Positions 18,064-27,905 of a stretch of DNA of 64,000 nt are shown here, piece after piece; the first letter of the stretch is position 1, and each line of letters starts with the position of its first letter. The notes under the pieces were generated by a model. It saw only the letters and a list, made by a program, of their open reading frames with translations, did no database searches and had not been told where the DNA came from. Source of the DNA: a virus; IMG/VR virus record IMGVR_UViG_3300025012_000042, positions 48,821-112,820 of that record. One strand, 5' to 3'. Both the position numbers and the translations under genes were made by a program.

Positions 18064-19764
18064 ATGATTTTTAAATTTGATAAAGTTGGAAATATGGAAG
18101 ATGTTGGAGATGTTGAAGATACTAAATTGGAAGGAGATATTGAAATGGGTAGGAAAAGTAATAAGGATAAGGATAGGTTTTCTCGAATGGATGTTGGTGT
18201 TGTTAATTCGGTGAAAGAAGAGGTTTTAGGGATGGTAAATGAAACTAAAAGTCAGGTGGCAGTTGGATTTAATGAAATTCTAGATGATGAGGATATGGTT
18301 CAACAACATGAGATGGAATTGGTTAAAGAAATGGAATCTGAGAGTGATAAAATTTGGGATAGAGGGAGCAGAGATGGGGTTGTTGGGGATAGTGTAGGTG
18401 ATGATGGTGATGGTGAGAGTGATAAATCTGTAATGTCTGATGAAGAATTGAAGGAGAAAATGAGGGAAAGAAATATGGGTAATGCTAGTAGTTCTGGTGG
18501 GATGCCTGCGTTTGGTAGTTTGAGTGAGAGGGTTAAGATGGAGGATGAAAACAATATCAATGATTTTAGTGATGAAGATGAAACCAATGAACAAAAAAAT
18601 GAAGCTCAAAGAAAAAAGGATGAATTGGCTAAAAAAAGAGAAGCAAATAAATTGAAGAAAGAATTTAAAGATAGAGAAAAACAATTAGCAATGAAAAAAG
18701 AAAGTAACGATAAATCATGGTCGTTTGATAATATATCGGTTGTTATGAGAGATGGTATTCCTTATAAGTTTAATTTATCATTATCTGCTTTACAATTGGC
18801 AGAAATGTATGGAGTGACAGGACAAATTTATTATCAAAAAAGCATTCAAAGGGGTAGTAAAGTTAGTAAAACCAAAGGGGAAATTCCTCTTATTAATGTG
18901 AAGCACAGTAAGGATATTTTGAATTCTCTTTTAGAAAGTGAAAATGTTGATGGAGGAACCATATATTTAAATTATGCAAAAGAATACTCAACTCCATTAC
19001 AGTTTAATTCATCTGATAACACTTTATCTGGTCAATTTCCCTTATCCATAAATGACGGAGGTCACAGACTGGAATCCTGTTTGCTCTGGTATAATAAATT
19101 TCGAAAGGATATGGACTCAATTAAAGATCCTAATGATTTTTATTTTTCGGTAAGTATCTTAAATTTAGATCATGAACAGTCAGAAAATATATTTGTCGAA
19201 TTAAATTCTCTCGGACTTCCTGTTTCTAAAACTGCTGTAGCTTATCATGATGTGCGAAACATAAATAACGTTATTGCCAAAAAAGTTATGAATAATTCAT
19301 TTCTTCGTGGACGTATTGAATTATTTTCAAATAGTTTGAAAAAAACAAGCAATTGCGTAATGACATTTAATACCTTATTAAAAGGTTGTTCTATGATGTC
19401 TCCTGAAACACCTAGTCAAGTAGAAGAAGCAGGGAATTTCTTGTGTTCTTATTTTAATGAGATTATAGAATTATTTCCTAAAATATATGGCAATGTCTCA
19501 TCAGAAACAAGACAAATTGAAAAGGCCAATACGTTTATTGGCGAAGTAATGTTCATCCACGCATTGTTCGGTCTTGCAGTTGAATTACAATTTGTTGCTG
19601 ATTGGAAAGATAAACTTAAAAAATTGACACAACCAAGTAGTTTTTTGAGTCGAGATAATGACTTATGGATAAGAAATATTACTCGTAATGAAGGTAAATT
19701 AATCAATACTAGTAAAACTCAAGATTTTGTGAAGGATCAGTTATTGGCGAAGGTTATGGGTTAG
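18064..19764 (+). CDS. DGQHR/DndB-like (ParB/Srx fold) protein with acidic disordered N-terminus
   Basis: LSINDGGHRL...IFVELN motif; about 200 aa D/E-rich N-terminus; start possibly ATG 18145. Confidence 0.6.
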   Translation: MIFKFDKVGNMEDVGDVEDTKLEGDIEMGRKSNKDKDRFSRMDVGVVNSVKEEVLGMVNETKSQVAVGFNEILDDEDMVQQHEMELVKEMESESDKIWDRGSRDGVVGDSVGDDGDGESDKSVMSDEELKEKMRERNMGNASSSGGMPAFGSLSERVKMEDENNINDFSDEDETNEQKNEAQRKKDELAKKREANKLKKEFKDREKQLAMKKESNDKSWSFDNISVVMRDGIPYKFNLSLSALQLAEMYGVTGQIYYQKSIQRGSKVSKTKGEIPLINVKHSKDILNSLLESENVDGGTIYLNYAKEYSTPLQFNSSDNTLSGQFPLSINDGGHRLESCLLWYNKFRKDMDSIKDPNDFYFSVSILNLDHEQSENIFVELNSLGLPVSKTAVAYHDVRNINNVIAKKVMNNSFLRGRIELFSNSLKKTSNCVMTFNTLLKGCSMMSPETPSQVEEAGNFLCSYFNEIIELFPKIYGNVSSETRQIEKANTFIGEVMFIHALFGLAVELQFVADWKDKLKKLTQPSSFLSRDNDLWIRNITRNEGKLINTSKTQDFVKDQLLAKVMG

Positions 19765-19783
19765 TTTTAAAAAATTGTAAAAA

Positions 19784-19818
19784 ATAGAGGTATCTACAAT
19801 TAAAGTAGATACCTCTAT
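19784..19818. terminator. bidirectional terminator at the strand switch
   Basis: Perfect 14-bp stem ATAGAGGTATCTAC/GTAGATACCTCTAT between convergent genes. Confidence 0.75.
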
Positions 19819-19826
19819 GCTATTTA

Positions 19827-21151
19827 TTAAATATCCAAATGTCTAACCAATCTTAACTCTCCATAATCGTATTCTTTAGTCCACTTACTTGTAGTAACAT
19901 TATTATTATCAATGTCAAATACAACCCTGTGAAAATTATCTTTTCCAAATAAATCTTTAGCATATTCTAACATTCCTAATAATATTTCATCCGAAGGTAA
20001 AAAATCCTTGAGTGATATAATTCTTATTTCTTTCCACCCACTTTTTATTAATCCATAAGAACGTCTTTTTTCCTTTTCTTCAAAATCATGTTCACTAATT
20101 TGACCATGTATAACTCCTAGTCTATGACCACTACCATCCCATTCTATATAAATATCTTCCTCTAATAATCCCACATCAACAAAACATTTTCCGTTCGCAT
20201 AGTAATTTAATTTCCCATTATATAATTTATTTATGTATCTTTGCTGTTTGGAACTTCTTATATTGCCACCTTTATACATGGATGCCATTTGTTTTTGTTT
20301 TATTTCTTCATTTTGCATTACATTTTCAAATCCGTATTTATCTAAATTTGTTTGCTTGATAACTTTTCTAAATTCTGGTGACATAAATATATTTTCTACA
20401 CCATATCTTTCTAAATTTGTATTTTTAGCTTTGTCTTGAAAAATAGGAACTTGCATATAACTTTTTACACCATATTTATCAAATATATTTTGCGTAAGTT
20501 GCTCTTGAAATTCTTCTGACTCAAATAAATATTCAAATCCATATCTATCAAATTAGTTAATTTAATTTTATCTTTAATCTCTTCTGATTGTATATGCCAC
20601 TCTACTCCGTATTTATCCATATTTGTAGTTTTAGCTCTGTTCATCATTTCTTCTGACTGCATTAAATACGGAACTCCATATCTTTCAATATTTGTAATTT
20701 TAGTTTTCTCTTGTATAGATTTTAATTTCATGGGATGATCTACTCCGTATTTATCAATAAAAGTTTCTTTTCTTTTTATCGAAGTCTCTTGTAATTCGGT
20801 TGTATTTTTTACACCATAAGTTAATAAATTACTTTCATTTCTTTTTTCTATTGAACATGCAACACAACAATCATCTTTTATTATACCGTTTTCTTTCTTT
20901 CTATTATAGTCACTATATGTTGGAGTTAATAAAGTTTCTCTATTCTCTTTTAAACAATAATCACATAAAACTTCAATTCTTACTATACTTCTAGGTGTTA
21001 AATCTTCTACTTTTACCACTATCTTAGTACCACGTTTAACTACTGATTTACCTTTTTTAGTTATATATCTTGGAATATAATATTCCAAATCTTCATAATG
21101 TTTTATATTATTTCCCGTCAACCCTACCTCAACCTCTTTTGTTATTAACAT
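19827..21151 (-). pseudogene. frameshifted KYG-repeat PD-(D/E)XK-type endonuclease gene (joins the 238-aa and 209-aa ORFs)
   Basis: One base missing near 20550 (AAT TT^GAT AGA TAT GGA restores the TNLDRYG repeat); intact paralogue at 38439-39371. Confidence 0.7.
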
Positions 21152-21170
21152 AAATACACCTATCCTTTCT

Positions 21171-21268
21171 TTTTGCCACAAGAAACAAATGGGAATAGAC
21201 CTTATATCGGCAAAATATAAAGTCTATTAATTACACTTATTAATTTTCGAACATCAATAAGAAACCAT
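21171..21268 (-). ncRNA. structured leader L1 (three-way junction with loop-RBS pseudoknot)
   Basis: P1 AUGG/CCAU; UUCGAA hairpin; loop UUUUGCC (21209-21215) complementary to GGCAAAA (21171-21177) beside the RBS. Confidence 0.55.
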
Positions 21269-21638
21269 GAAACTATTTAACTAACCCCAAACAAAACAAA
21301 AAAGAGCCTCAAACAGCTCTTCAAAACTAAAAATACTAAATTCTAACTAATTTACACTCCAAAACCCAACTCCCAACAATTCCCACCTCTACAACCCTTG
21401 CTACAAACCACTTTTAAATCCACTATTTCAAACAAAATAAAAACATACTTTTATTGGATAATATTATTTTATTTATATATTTATTTCAATTCATTTATTA
21501 CTCTCATCCTCATCCCCTCAAATCATAAAAATCATCATCACTTATATCTTCTTGCATTTGATGAATTATTCTTTTAACTTCTTTTGACAAAATAAAAGAG
21601 AGTCAAACTAACGACTCTCAAAATAAAAATTATTAAAT

Positions 21639-21860
21639 TTATTTGCCTTCCCAAGAACTAACGTCATAGCAATCTTTAAAAACTCTTCCTTTATTGGTAT
21701 TATTATATGAATCATCCATTACAATACCATCTTTAACTTCAATATAATAATCTCCATATCCATTAATAAATTGTTCTCTATTAAAATCACCGATAAAGTA
21801 ATACCATTTTTCTTCCTCTTCAATCCATACCATAATATAAACGATGCTTTCTTGTGACAT
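21639..21860 (-). CDS. hypothetical protein
   Basis: RBS AGGAGG; promoter-like sequence upstream. Confidence 0.6.
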   Translation of the reverse strand: MSQESIVYIMVWIEEEEKWYYFIGDFNREQFINGYGDYYIEVKDGIVMDDSYNNTNKGRVFKDCYDVSSWEGK

Positions 21861-21962
21861 AAATAAAACCTCCTATATATCTTTTATTTATTTGTAATTA
21901 TAATATCACAATATGTATAGATTTACAAGTTATTATAAAAATTTTATTTATTGCTTTATGAT

Positions 21963-22577
21963 CTAGGCAACTAAAGTATGTAATTTAGGATAAGAACATA
22001 TATTATATTTCAACTTCTGCAATAATTCATTTTTTCTCCTTTTACCATTACAATTAAAATATATGTATCTATGCTTCCTTGGCCTATCCACTAGCATTGT
22101 ATCTTCTTTATCTTCATGAGCGTGTCTATTATGTTTTATAGTAGATCCATCAATTTTAACTCTGTTTGTTCTCTTTGCAGTTAGTCCAGTGTATATCCAA
22201 TTAGTAGCCTGATATACATAACCTACATGACCTTGTTCTGGCTCAGAGTAAGATACTATTATTTCTCTATCTAATAGTTTAATAGTATTACCTATTAAGA
22301 AACTTTCACCATTCTTTGGAACTTTATCATCAACCCATAACCGAGTTAATTCATATACATTTAATTCTTCTTCTCTTCCACATATTCCTCTACAAACATT
22401 TGGACTAGCAGGTATTCCATATATAATTACACCCACTAAATTATCTGTAAGTATTTCAAATAAACCAAATGCAAATACACAAGATGCTTTTCTATGTAGA
22501 TAATGTTTCTCAATAATTATATCTATAGCTAATTTATATGGAATTTGTTTTATGTAATAATTATCTTTTATGCTCAT
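21963..22577 (-). CDS. Mom-family adenine-modification enzyme
   Basis: HYL, ELTRLW, KNGESFLI, VSYSE..GHVGYVYQATNW, KHRY motifs. Confidence 0.8.
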   Translation of the reverse strand: MSIKDNYYIKQIPYKLAIDIIIEKHYLHRKASCVFAFGLFEILTDNLVGVIIYGIPASPNVCRGICGREEELNVYELTRLWVDDKVPKNGESFLIGNTIKLLDREIIVSYSEPEQGHVGYVYQATNWIYTGLTAKRTNRVKIDGSTIKHNRHAHEDKEDTMLVDRPRKHRYIYFNCNGKRRKNELLQKLKYNICSYPKLHTLVA

Positions 22578-22709
22578 TTAATCCTCCTTTTATTTATGAA
22601 AATAGATTGTTTTCCCACAATTTTTAATCAAACATAATATTATCACCTCACTTTGCAATAATTATACATCGTGAGGCAATAAATGTAAAGGAATATTTTA
22701 TTTATTAGT

Positions 22710-23693
22710 TTATAACTCATCTTCGTAATCATAGTCTTCTTCGCTATCATGTTGCTCAATAATATTAAGTTCCAATAATGCTTTATTATATTTGTCTATA
22801 CTAATATTAGTAATTCCTAAGTCTTCATTGATTTGCTTGAGAGAAAATGGAATTTTCAGGGACTTTACACATTTTAAATATGAATAATATAAAAACAATT
22901 TATGATTATTAATTTTATCAACTGTTGTTTGATTTAATATTTTATTTTTCTCTGAATCGTAAAGGATAAAATAATTATTGTTTAAGTTAATTTCTAATGA
23001 ACATTCAAGTCTATCATTTATTCTTGCTTTATTAAAATCTTTATCTGACTTAATAATTTTGCTTGCTTGAATATTGCACAATATATCTTTAAATCTATCA
23101 ATAGATTCATCTTTTCTTGAATTACACATAAATCCACAGTCTGAAATCATATCCTTTAGACGAAATTTTATTATATTTCTCCTATTTTGATTCATATATA
23201 AAAAATCTAAAATATATAGAGTTTTATAGTCATTATTATTATTTTTCAATATACTTGATTTACCATTAACATAAAAAAGTTCATTTGGGATTTTAGATAG
23301 ATAATCCTGTTTTGATTTCAATGAATCAATTCTAAATATATTATTACGAGCACCTTTCTTTAATTTGTACCCTCCTCCACCGCCAGAAGATATATTGTAA
23401 TAATGACTATCCTCTACGGCATTGTGGTTTTTAATTGAATCAATTTCTAATTTATTGAGTTCTTCTTTGGAATATGCAATAGCAATTATTTCTCTATTAA
23501 AATTTTCTTTATTATGTTTAAATACTGCTATTTTTAAAAGAGATCCACTTCCTAAATATGTTCTCCAATCATTGGTTAACTTCTTTTGACCAATATACTT
23601 TCTATTATTAATTTGATTTGTTGTTATGTAAATGAATCCATATGGTTTTATGACTTCTAACTCTTCAATACTATATATCTTTTCCTCTAACAT
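22710..23693 (-). CDS. GIY-YIG (Seg-like) nuclease fused to a wHTH region
   Basis: GFIYITTN...KYIGQ; YLGSG; YYNI; C-terminal LKQINEDLGITNISIDKY HTH-like segment. Confidence 0.7.
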   Translation of the reverse strand: MLEEKIYSIEELEVIKPYGFIYITTNQINNRKYIGQKKLTNDWRTYLGSGSLLKIAVFKHNKENFNREIIAIAYSKEELNKLEIDSIKNHNAVEDSHYYNISSGGGGGYKLKKGARNNIFRIDSLKSKQDYLSKIPNELFYVNGKSSILKNNNNDYKTLYILDFLYMNQNRRNIIKFRLKDMISDCGFMCNSRKDESIDRFKDILCNIQASKIIKSDKDFNKARINDRLECSLEINLNNNYFILYDSEKNKILNQTTVDKINNHKLFLYYSYLKCVKSLKIPFSLKQINEDLGITNISIDKYNKALLELNIIEQHDSEEDYDYEDEL

Positions 23694-23900
23694 AATTTAA
23701 TACATCTCCCTTATATCGTTATTTACATATTTCTTCCAAAATTTGGGCGTGTCAAAACTTTACATAATATATTATTTTACTCTTACGTTGCGTAACCTCG
23801 TTCCCTACGTAACCCCGAAGGTGTCTCTTAATCCATTACCACTATTACTATTGGTTAAAGTATTATAAGAGGGATAAAGATTAAGAGATAATATAAAATA

Positions 23901-25487
23901 TTAAACAGTAACAATATTATTATTTTTATAATCCATTAAATCCTCATAGAATCTTCTTCCGCATAGAGATTTTATTTCTTTATTCTCAAAATTATTTATA
24001 ATACAATTATTAAATGATTCTATGTAATTATCTCCCTCATTAAATTCAAAACATTTTTCTTCTTCAACATCCTTATCCTCTATAATATTCAAAGTTATTT
24101 TATATTTATTTGGCTCTTTCATGTATTTATGTTCTATTGGAGTATTTCTAGAAACAATTTCTATAAAACTATTTTCTGATAGTTGATTAACTATTTTTAT
24201 TAATGTCACTCTTGATAAATTTGTGGCTTGTTCCATTAAACTATACGGAAAATAAAATATGCCAGATTTCTTAGCATATCTCTTGCTATGTATAAGCATT
24301 GAGTATAATACCAGTTTATTATTTTTACCACTTGCTTTAAGGATTTCTTTAATTTCTTCATATGTAATCTTTACTGTTTTTACTCCACCAACAAGATTAA
24401 ACTCATGAGTATAAACATATTCAACAATATTATCTATATCTTTTAAAACATTATTCCATTTTGTTGTGTAGCAATTTTTATCCTGCTGATTCATCCATTC
24501 TGTAATCCACTCTTTACAATCCTCCCTAGATACCTCTAAATGCTTATAATATTTCGTGATGTTTATTAACGACTTCCATCTCATTCCTGTCTGAGTTAAC
24601 CCTTTTTCTATTAAGTCTTCTATTGCTTCTATAGTTATTTTTTCATCAACATTCTGATCATATTGGGGCAATGGATTGTGAGCATTTTTTGTTTCTTTAT
24701 AGTCTTCTATATTCTTTGTACTAACATCTTCTTCCTCAATATCAAATATTTTATCAAGAATAAGTCTAAATAATATATTATCCATCTTCTTAATTTTAGT
24801 TATATGTAATGGATCTTTGATTCTTCTTAACCCCTTACTATAATCACAGAAATAGCAATAATTGTTTTTATCAATTTTATTATTGAAATTAATACCTAAA
24901 GGAAGTTTTACGCCTTGCTTATTAGTTGGTCTAAATTCTACTTTACCAAAATTCTCTCCATCAATGATTAAATCTTCTTTTTCTTTTAAACTCTCTTTAT
25001 CTAATACATATTTATGAAATTTCTTTAGCAGATTTACTTCAATTGGTGAATCGAAAAACAACTCTATATGATAACCCTTACCTCCTGAGAAGCTAATATT
25101 AATAAAATCATAATCTATGCCAACATCTTGTAAAACATGAACTATTTTATCGACAACCCATTTTGCCTTTTCTATGTTTTTCCTTTTCTCTTCTTTATCA
25201 GTTTTATCTTTTTGTCCTATATCAATATCAAAAGTTATAAACTTGCTATCTTCAACACCTTTCATATCCCTAGCAAAAACACCTATAGTTTTAATTCCAT
25301 CAATGTGATTTTTAACTATAGAATCTGTCAACATTGGCCCATTTGTTTTTTCTGGATAATCCTTATAATAATGAATTGAAACATAATTATCCTTTTTCTC
25401 ACTCCATATAAGATATTTAAATCTTTGTAATATGTATAAATCATTAATTGCTTTGACAATTTCCTCTTTCTCTGGATTTATTAGCAT
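23901..25487 (-). CDS. AEP-superfamily primase/Rep (TOTE-like) with C-terminal wHTH
   Basis: FITFDID, SGGKGYHI, VKLPLG. Confidence 0.75.
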   Translation of the reverse strand: MLINPEKEEIVKAINDLYILQRFKYLIWSEKKDNYVSIHYYKDYPEKTNGPMLTDSIVKNHIDGIKTIGVFARDMKGVEDSKFITFDIDIGQKDKTDKEEKRKNIEKAKWVVDKIVHVLQDVGIDYDFINISFSGGKGYHIELFFDSPIEVNLLKKFHKYVLDKESLKEKEDLIIDGENFGKVEFRPTNKQGVKLPLGINFNNKIDKNNYCYFCDYSKGLRRIKDPLHITKIKKMDNILFRLILDKIFDIEEEDVSTKNIEDYKETKNAHNPLPQYDQNVDEKITIEAIEDLIEKGLTQTGMRWKSLINITKYYKHLEVSREDCKEWITEWMNQQDKNCYTTKWNNVLKDIDNIVEYVYTHEFNLVGGVKTVKITYEEIKEILKASGKNNKLVLYSMLIHSKRYAKKSGIFYFPYSLMEQATNLSRVTLIKIVNQLSENSFIEIVSRNTPIEHKYMKEPNKYKITLNIIEDKDVEEEKCFEFNEGDNYIESFNNCIINNFENKEIKSLCGRRFYEDLMDYKNNNIVTV

Positions 25488-25527
25488 TATAAATCAATCT
25501 CCTTTATATCGGTAATATTAAATTAAA

Positions 25528-25716
25528 TTATTTATCCTTTTTGCACCATTCTCTAAAAGCTTTTTGAAGTTCATCTGTATTAAGGAATTGAACATATAAG
25601 TCACCTTTTGAACCAAAATCAATTTTTAGTGGCACAATTCCTTTACTGAAATAAAATTCATATTGAAACTTATTATAAATGAAAGCGTACTTTTTCTCTG
25701 CAATGGCATTTGTCAT
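25528..25716 (-). CDS. small hypothetical protein, paralogue of 27702-27905
   Basis: Shared Y..Y...Q..FY.SKG...F.....W pattern. Confidence 0.6.
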   Translation of the reverse strand: MTNAIAEKKYAFIYNKFQYEFYFSKGIVPLKIDFGSKGDLYVQFLNTDELQKAFREWCKKDK

Positions 25717-25879
25717 TATAGATCAATCCCCTTTTCTATTTGTATGTAGATAATTTTATTTATTAGTTTCCTCCTTGTGATAATTATACTACACTTATGA
25801 ATACTTGTCAAATAAATTTATTTATTAATTTACTAATAGGATAGGCTCTCTATCTGTACATAATTAAATTGGACAAGTT

Positions 25880-26140
25880 TTACCAACCCAAATCATCATC
25901 AATTACATCTGTTTTCTTACCCTTCACAAATTTAGGTTTCCAATAATCATCCTCTTGACATTCCTCTTCATCATCCCAACCTTCACCAAGATTATAAAAA
26001 TTATCTAAACACAAATGTCTAAATTTCTCATATAATTCATTTGCTATGACCTTTTCATGTTCAGTTTCATATTGTGAATCATGTAATACTTTAATCAATA
26101 AATCTAATTTTTCCTCATTTAGTCGCAAAAATCTATGCAT
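25880..26140 (-). CDS. hypothetical protein
   Basis: RBS AAGGAG. Confidence 0.6.
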   Translation of the reverse strand: MHRFLRLNEEKLDLLIKVLHDSQYETEHEKVIANELYEKFRHLCLDNFYNLGEGWDDEEECQEDDYWKPKFVKGKKTDVIDDDLGW

Positions 26141-26234
26141 TGTTTAATCTCCTTTATTTTTTTAATTATTTAAGGAGTCATCCGTGATGGACAACTCCTT
26201 AAATTAAGTAATATTCATTCACCAACCATTCACA

Positions 26235-26441
26235 TTAATCAAAACTAAATTCAGCATCATCTTCAAATATTTTATTATATAATTCAGTTAAACCAATTGT
26301 ATAAGTGTCTACAATTTCATCATTATCATTTATAATGTGAACATTGAAGGTGTGAGTTGAGTTATCAATTTCCATATTAACAAAGTAATCCTCATTTATT
26401 TTTAGTAGTAATTTTATTTCTTCAATTCTTGATTTCTTCAT
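26235..26441 (-). CDS. hypothetical protein
   Basis: RBS AAGGAGG. Confidence 0.6.
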   Translation of the reverse strand: MKKSRIEEIKLLLKINEDYFVNMEIDNSTHTFNVHIINDNDEIVDTYTIGLTELYNKIFEDDAEFSFD

Positions 26442-26471
26442 GTTATATTCCTCCTTAAAATTATGTATTAT

Positions 26472-27635
26472 TTAATCTACGTTCTTTATACAAATATAAA
26501 TACGTCCTTCACCATATGATTTTACTGTCTTATTTCTTTCAAGTATCACTTTATCAACAATTTTATCGTCCTCTAAATAATCTCTCGTTATTACTTGATC
26601 TAAAATACTCTTCGTAAAATTCTGTAGGTCAAATCTATCTAAACAATCATATTTAAGAAATACCACAATTGGAACATTCCAATCAATGTTTAAATCTTCT
26701 TTATTTAATAATTGATGTGAAGGGAAATTTCTAATCCAATTATTATATGTATTAGTTTTAACCATAATATTCTTGCCAGTATAATCACTTACAACTGTCT
26801 CATACATATAATTCTCAGAAAGAGGATGGGTGTCTAAAACCATATATTCTGATAAAGAAGGATTTAATATTGCAATTGCATTCTCTAATTTAGATAATTC
26901 CTCATTCTTCTCATTAATTAATTTTCCTTGATTGTTTATTATTCTGGTTTTGTAGGCCATTCTGCCTCCACTAATCTTTAATCTTAATGACTCCTTATCT
27001 TCTTTTATAATCTTAATCAAATCATCACATATTGTTATAAGGGCTAGGTACTTGCTATCACCACTATATATTTCTATCCTATCTTTTAATCCTTGTTCAA
27101 TGTTTTTCATTACTTTTACCCTAAAATCTGTATCCCTAGATTTATATTTATAGAACTCTTTTACATCTTGATATGTATTATGTATTAGTTCAATATTCTC
27201 TGTTTTAAAAGTATTCTTTAACTTGGGTAGTGAATACTTAGTTAGTTTATTAATTTGCTCTTCTGAAGCATTATCAATGATATATCCACCATTTCTATTT
27301 ATTGAAGGTAAAACTTCTGATGTTACCCATTTTCTAAATGCTTTACATTTGTCTGTTCTAGCCTCAAGCATAAAATCATACAGCATTTCTTCGTTTAAAT
27401 AAGTTAGTCCGTTATGGACTAATGGCACTATACCTGCGTTTTCAATGTTTTTATCAACTCTATCTTTTCTACATTGAATATAAACTTTACCTTTTACTGT
27501 ATTGGTTTTTGTGTGACCTAAAGCTATACCTGTGGAGTACAATTCGAACAAAACATTCCCATTTTCATCTGTAATAATTCCTACATTTGTTCCCTCAAAG
27601 TTATTTACCAAAGCTAATACATTATTATTTTCCAT
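26472..27635 (-). CDS. BRO-N antirepressor-like protein with C-terminal RusA-like domain
   Basis: AFRKWVTSEVLPSINRNGGY; HPLSEN..Y and DLQNFTKSILD...DD. Confidence 0.7.
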   Translation of the reverse strand: MENNNVLALVNNFEGTNVGIITDENGNVLFELYSTGIALGHTKTNTVKGKVYIQCRKDRVDKNIENAGIVPLVHNGLTYLNEEMLYDFMLEARTDKCKAFRKWVTSEVLPSINRNGGYIIDNASEEQINKLTKYSLPKLKNTFKTENIELIHNTYQDVKEFYKYKSRDTDFRVKVMKNIEQGLKDRIEIYSGDSKYLALITICDDLIKIIKEDKESLRLKISGGRMAYKTRIINNQGKLINEKNEELSKLENAIAILNPSLSEYMVLDTHPLSENYMYETVVSDYTGKNIMVKTNTYNNWIRNFPSHQLLNKEDLNIDWNVPIVVFLKYDCLDRFDLQNFTKSILDQVITRDYLEDDKIVDKVILERNKTVKSYGEGRIYICIKNVD

Positions 27636-27701
27636 TATATTTTTCCTTCTTTCTTTAATTTTATTTCCTTATTTCATTAAATACCTAATATCAAACCATT
27701 T

Positions 27702-27905
27702 TTATCTTTGATAATTTTTCCACAGTTCGTAAACGTCTGCTGTCTCTTTCCTATCAAATTTATGCCACATCTTTTTTGTTGCGTAATGAACTCCTACATC
27801 CTTAACCATTTTTCCTTTAGAAATATAGAATTGTACTTGGACAAGATCATATAAGTAAACATATTTATCCTTTGGATCAATTTCCATCCTCTCACCTCCC
27901 TTCAA
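27702..27905 (-). CDS. small hypothetical protein
   Basis: GGAGG RBS before an internal ATG (MEIDPK); paralogue of the 25528 ORF. Confidence 0.6.
   Translation of the reverse strand: MKGGERMEIDPKDKYVYLYDLVQVQFYISKGKMVKDVGVHYATKKMWHKFDRKETADVYELWKNYQR

Noticed and set aside
4694-20994. Short antisense or overlapping ORFs (4694, 5945, 9832, 12265, 14870, 16769, 18280, 18300, 19449, 20233, 20800)
   Set aside because: They overlap better-supported genes and have low-complexity translations
21200-25512. CCTT(T)ATATCG shared by leader L1 and the RBS regions of the primase and GIY-YIG genes
   Set aside because: Same orientation in all the mRNAs, so no antisense pairing; short and partly explained by SD sequence
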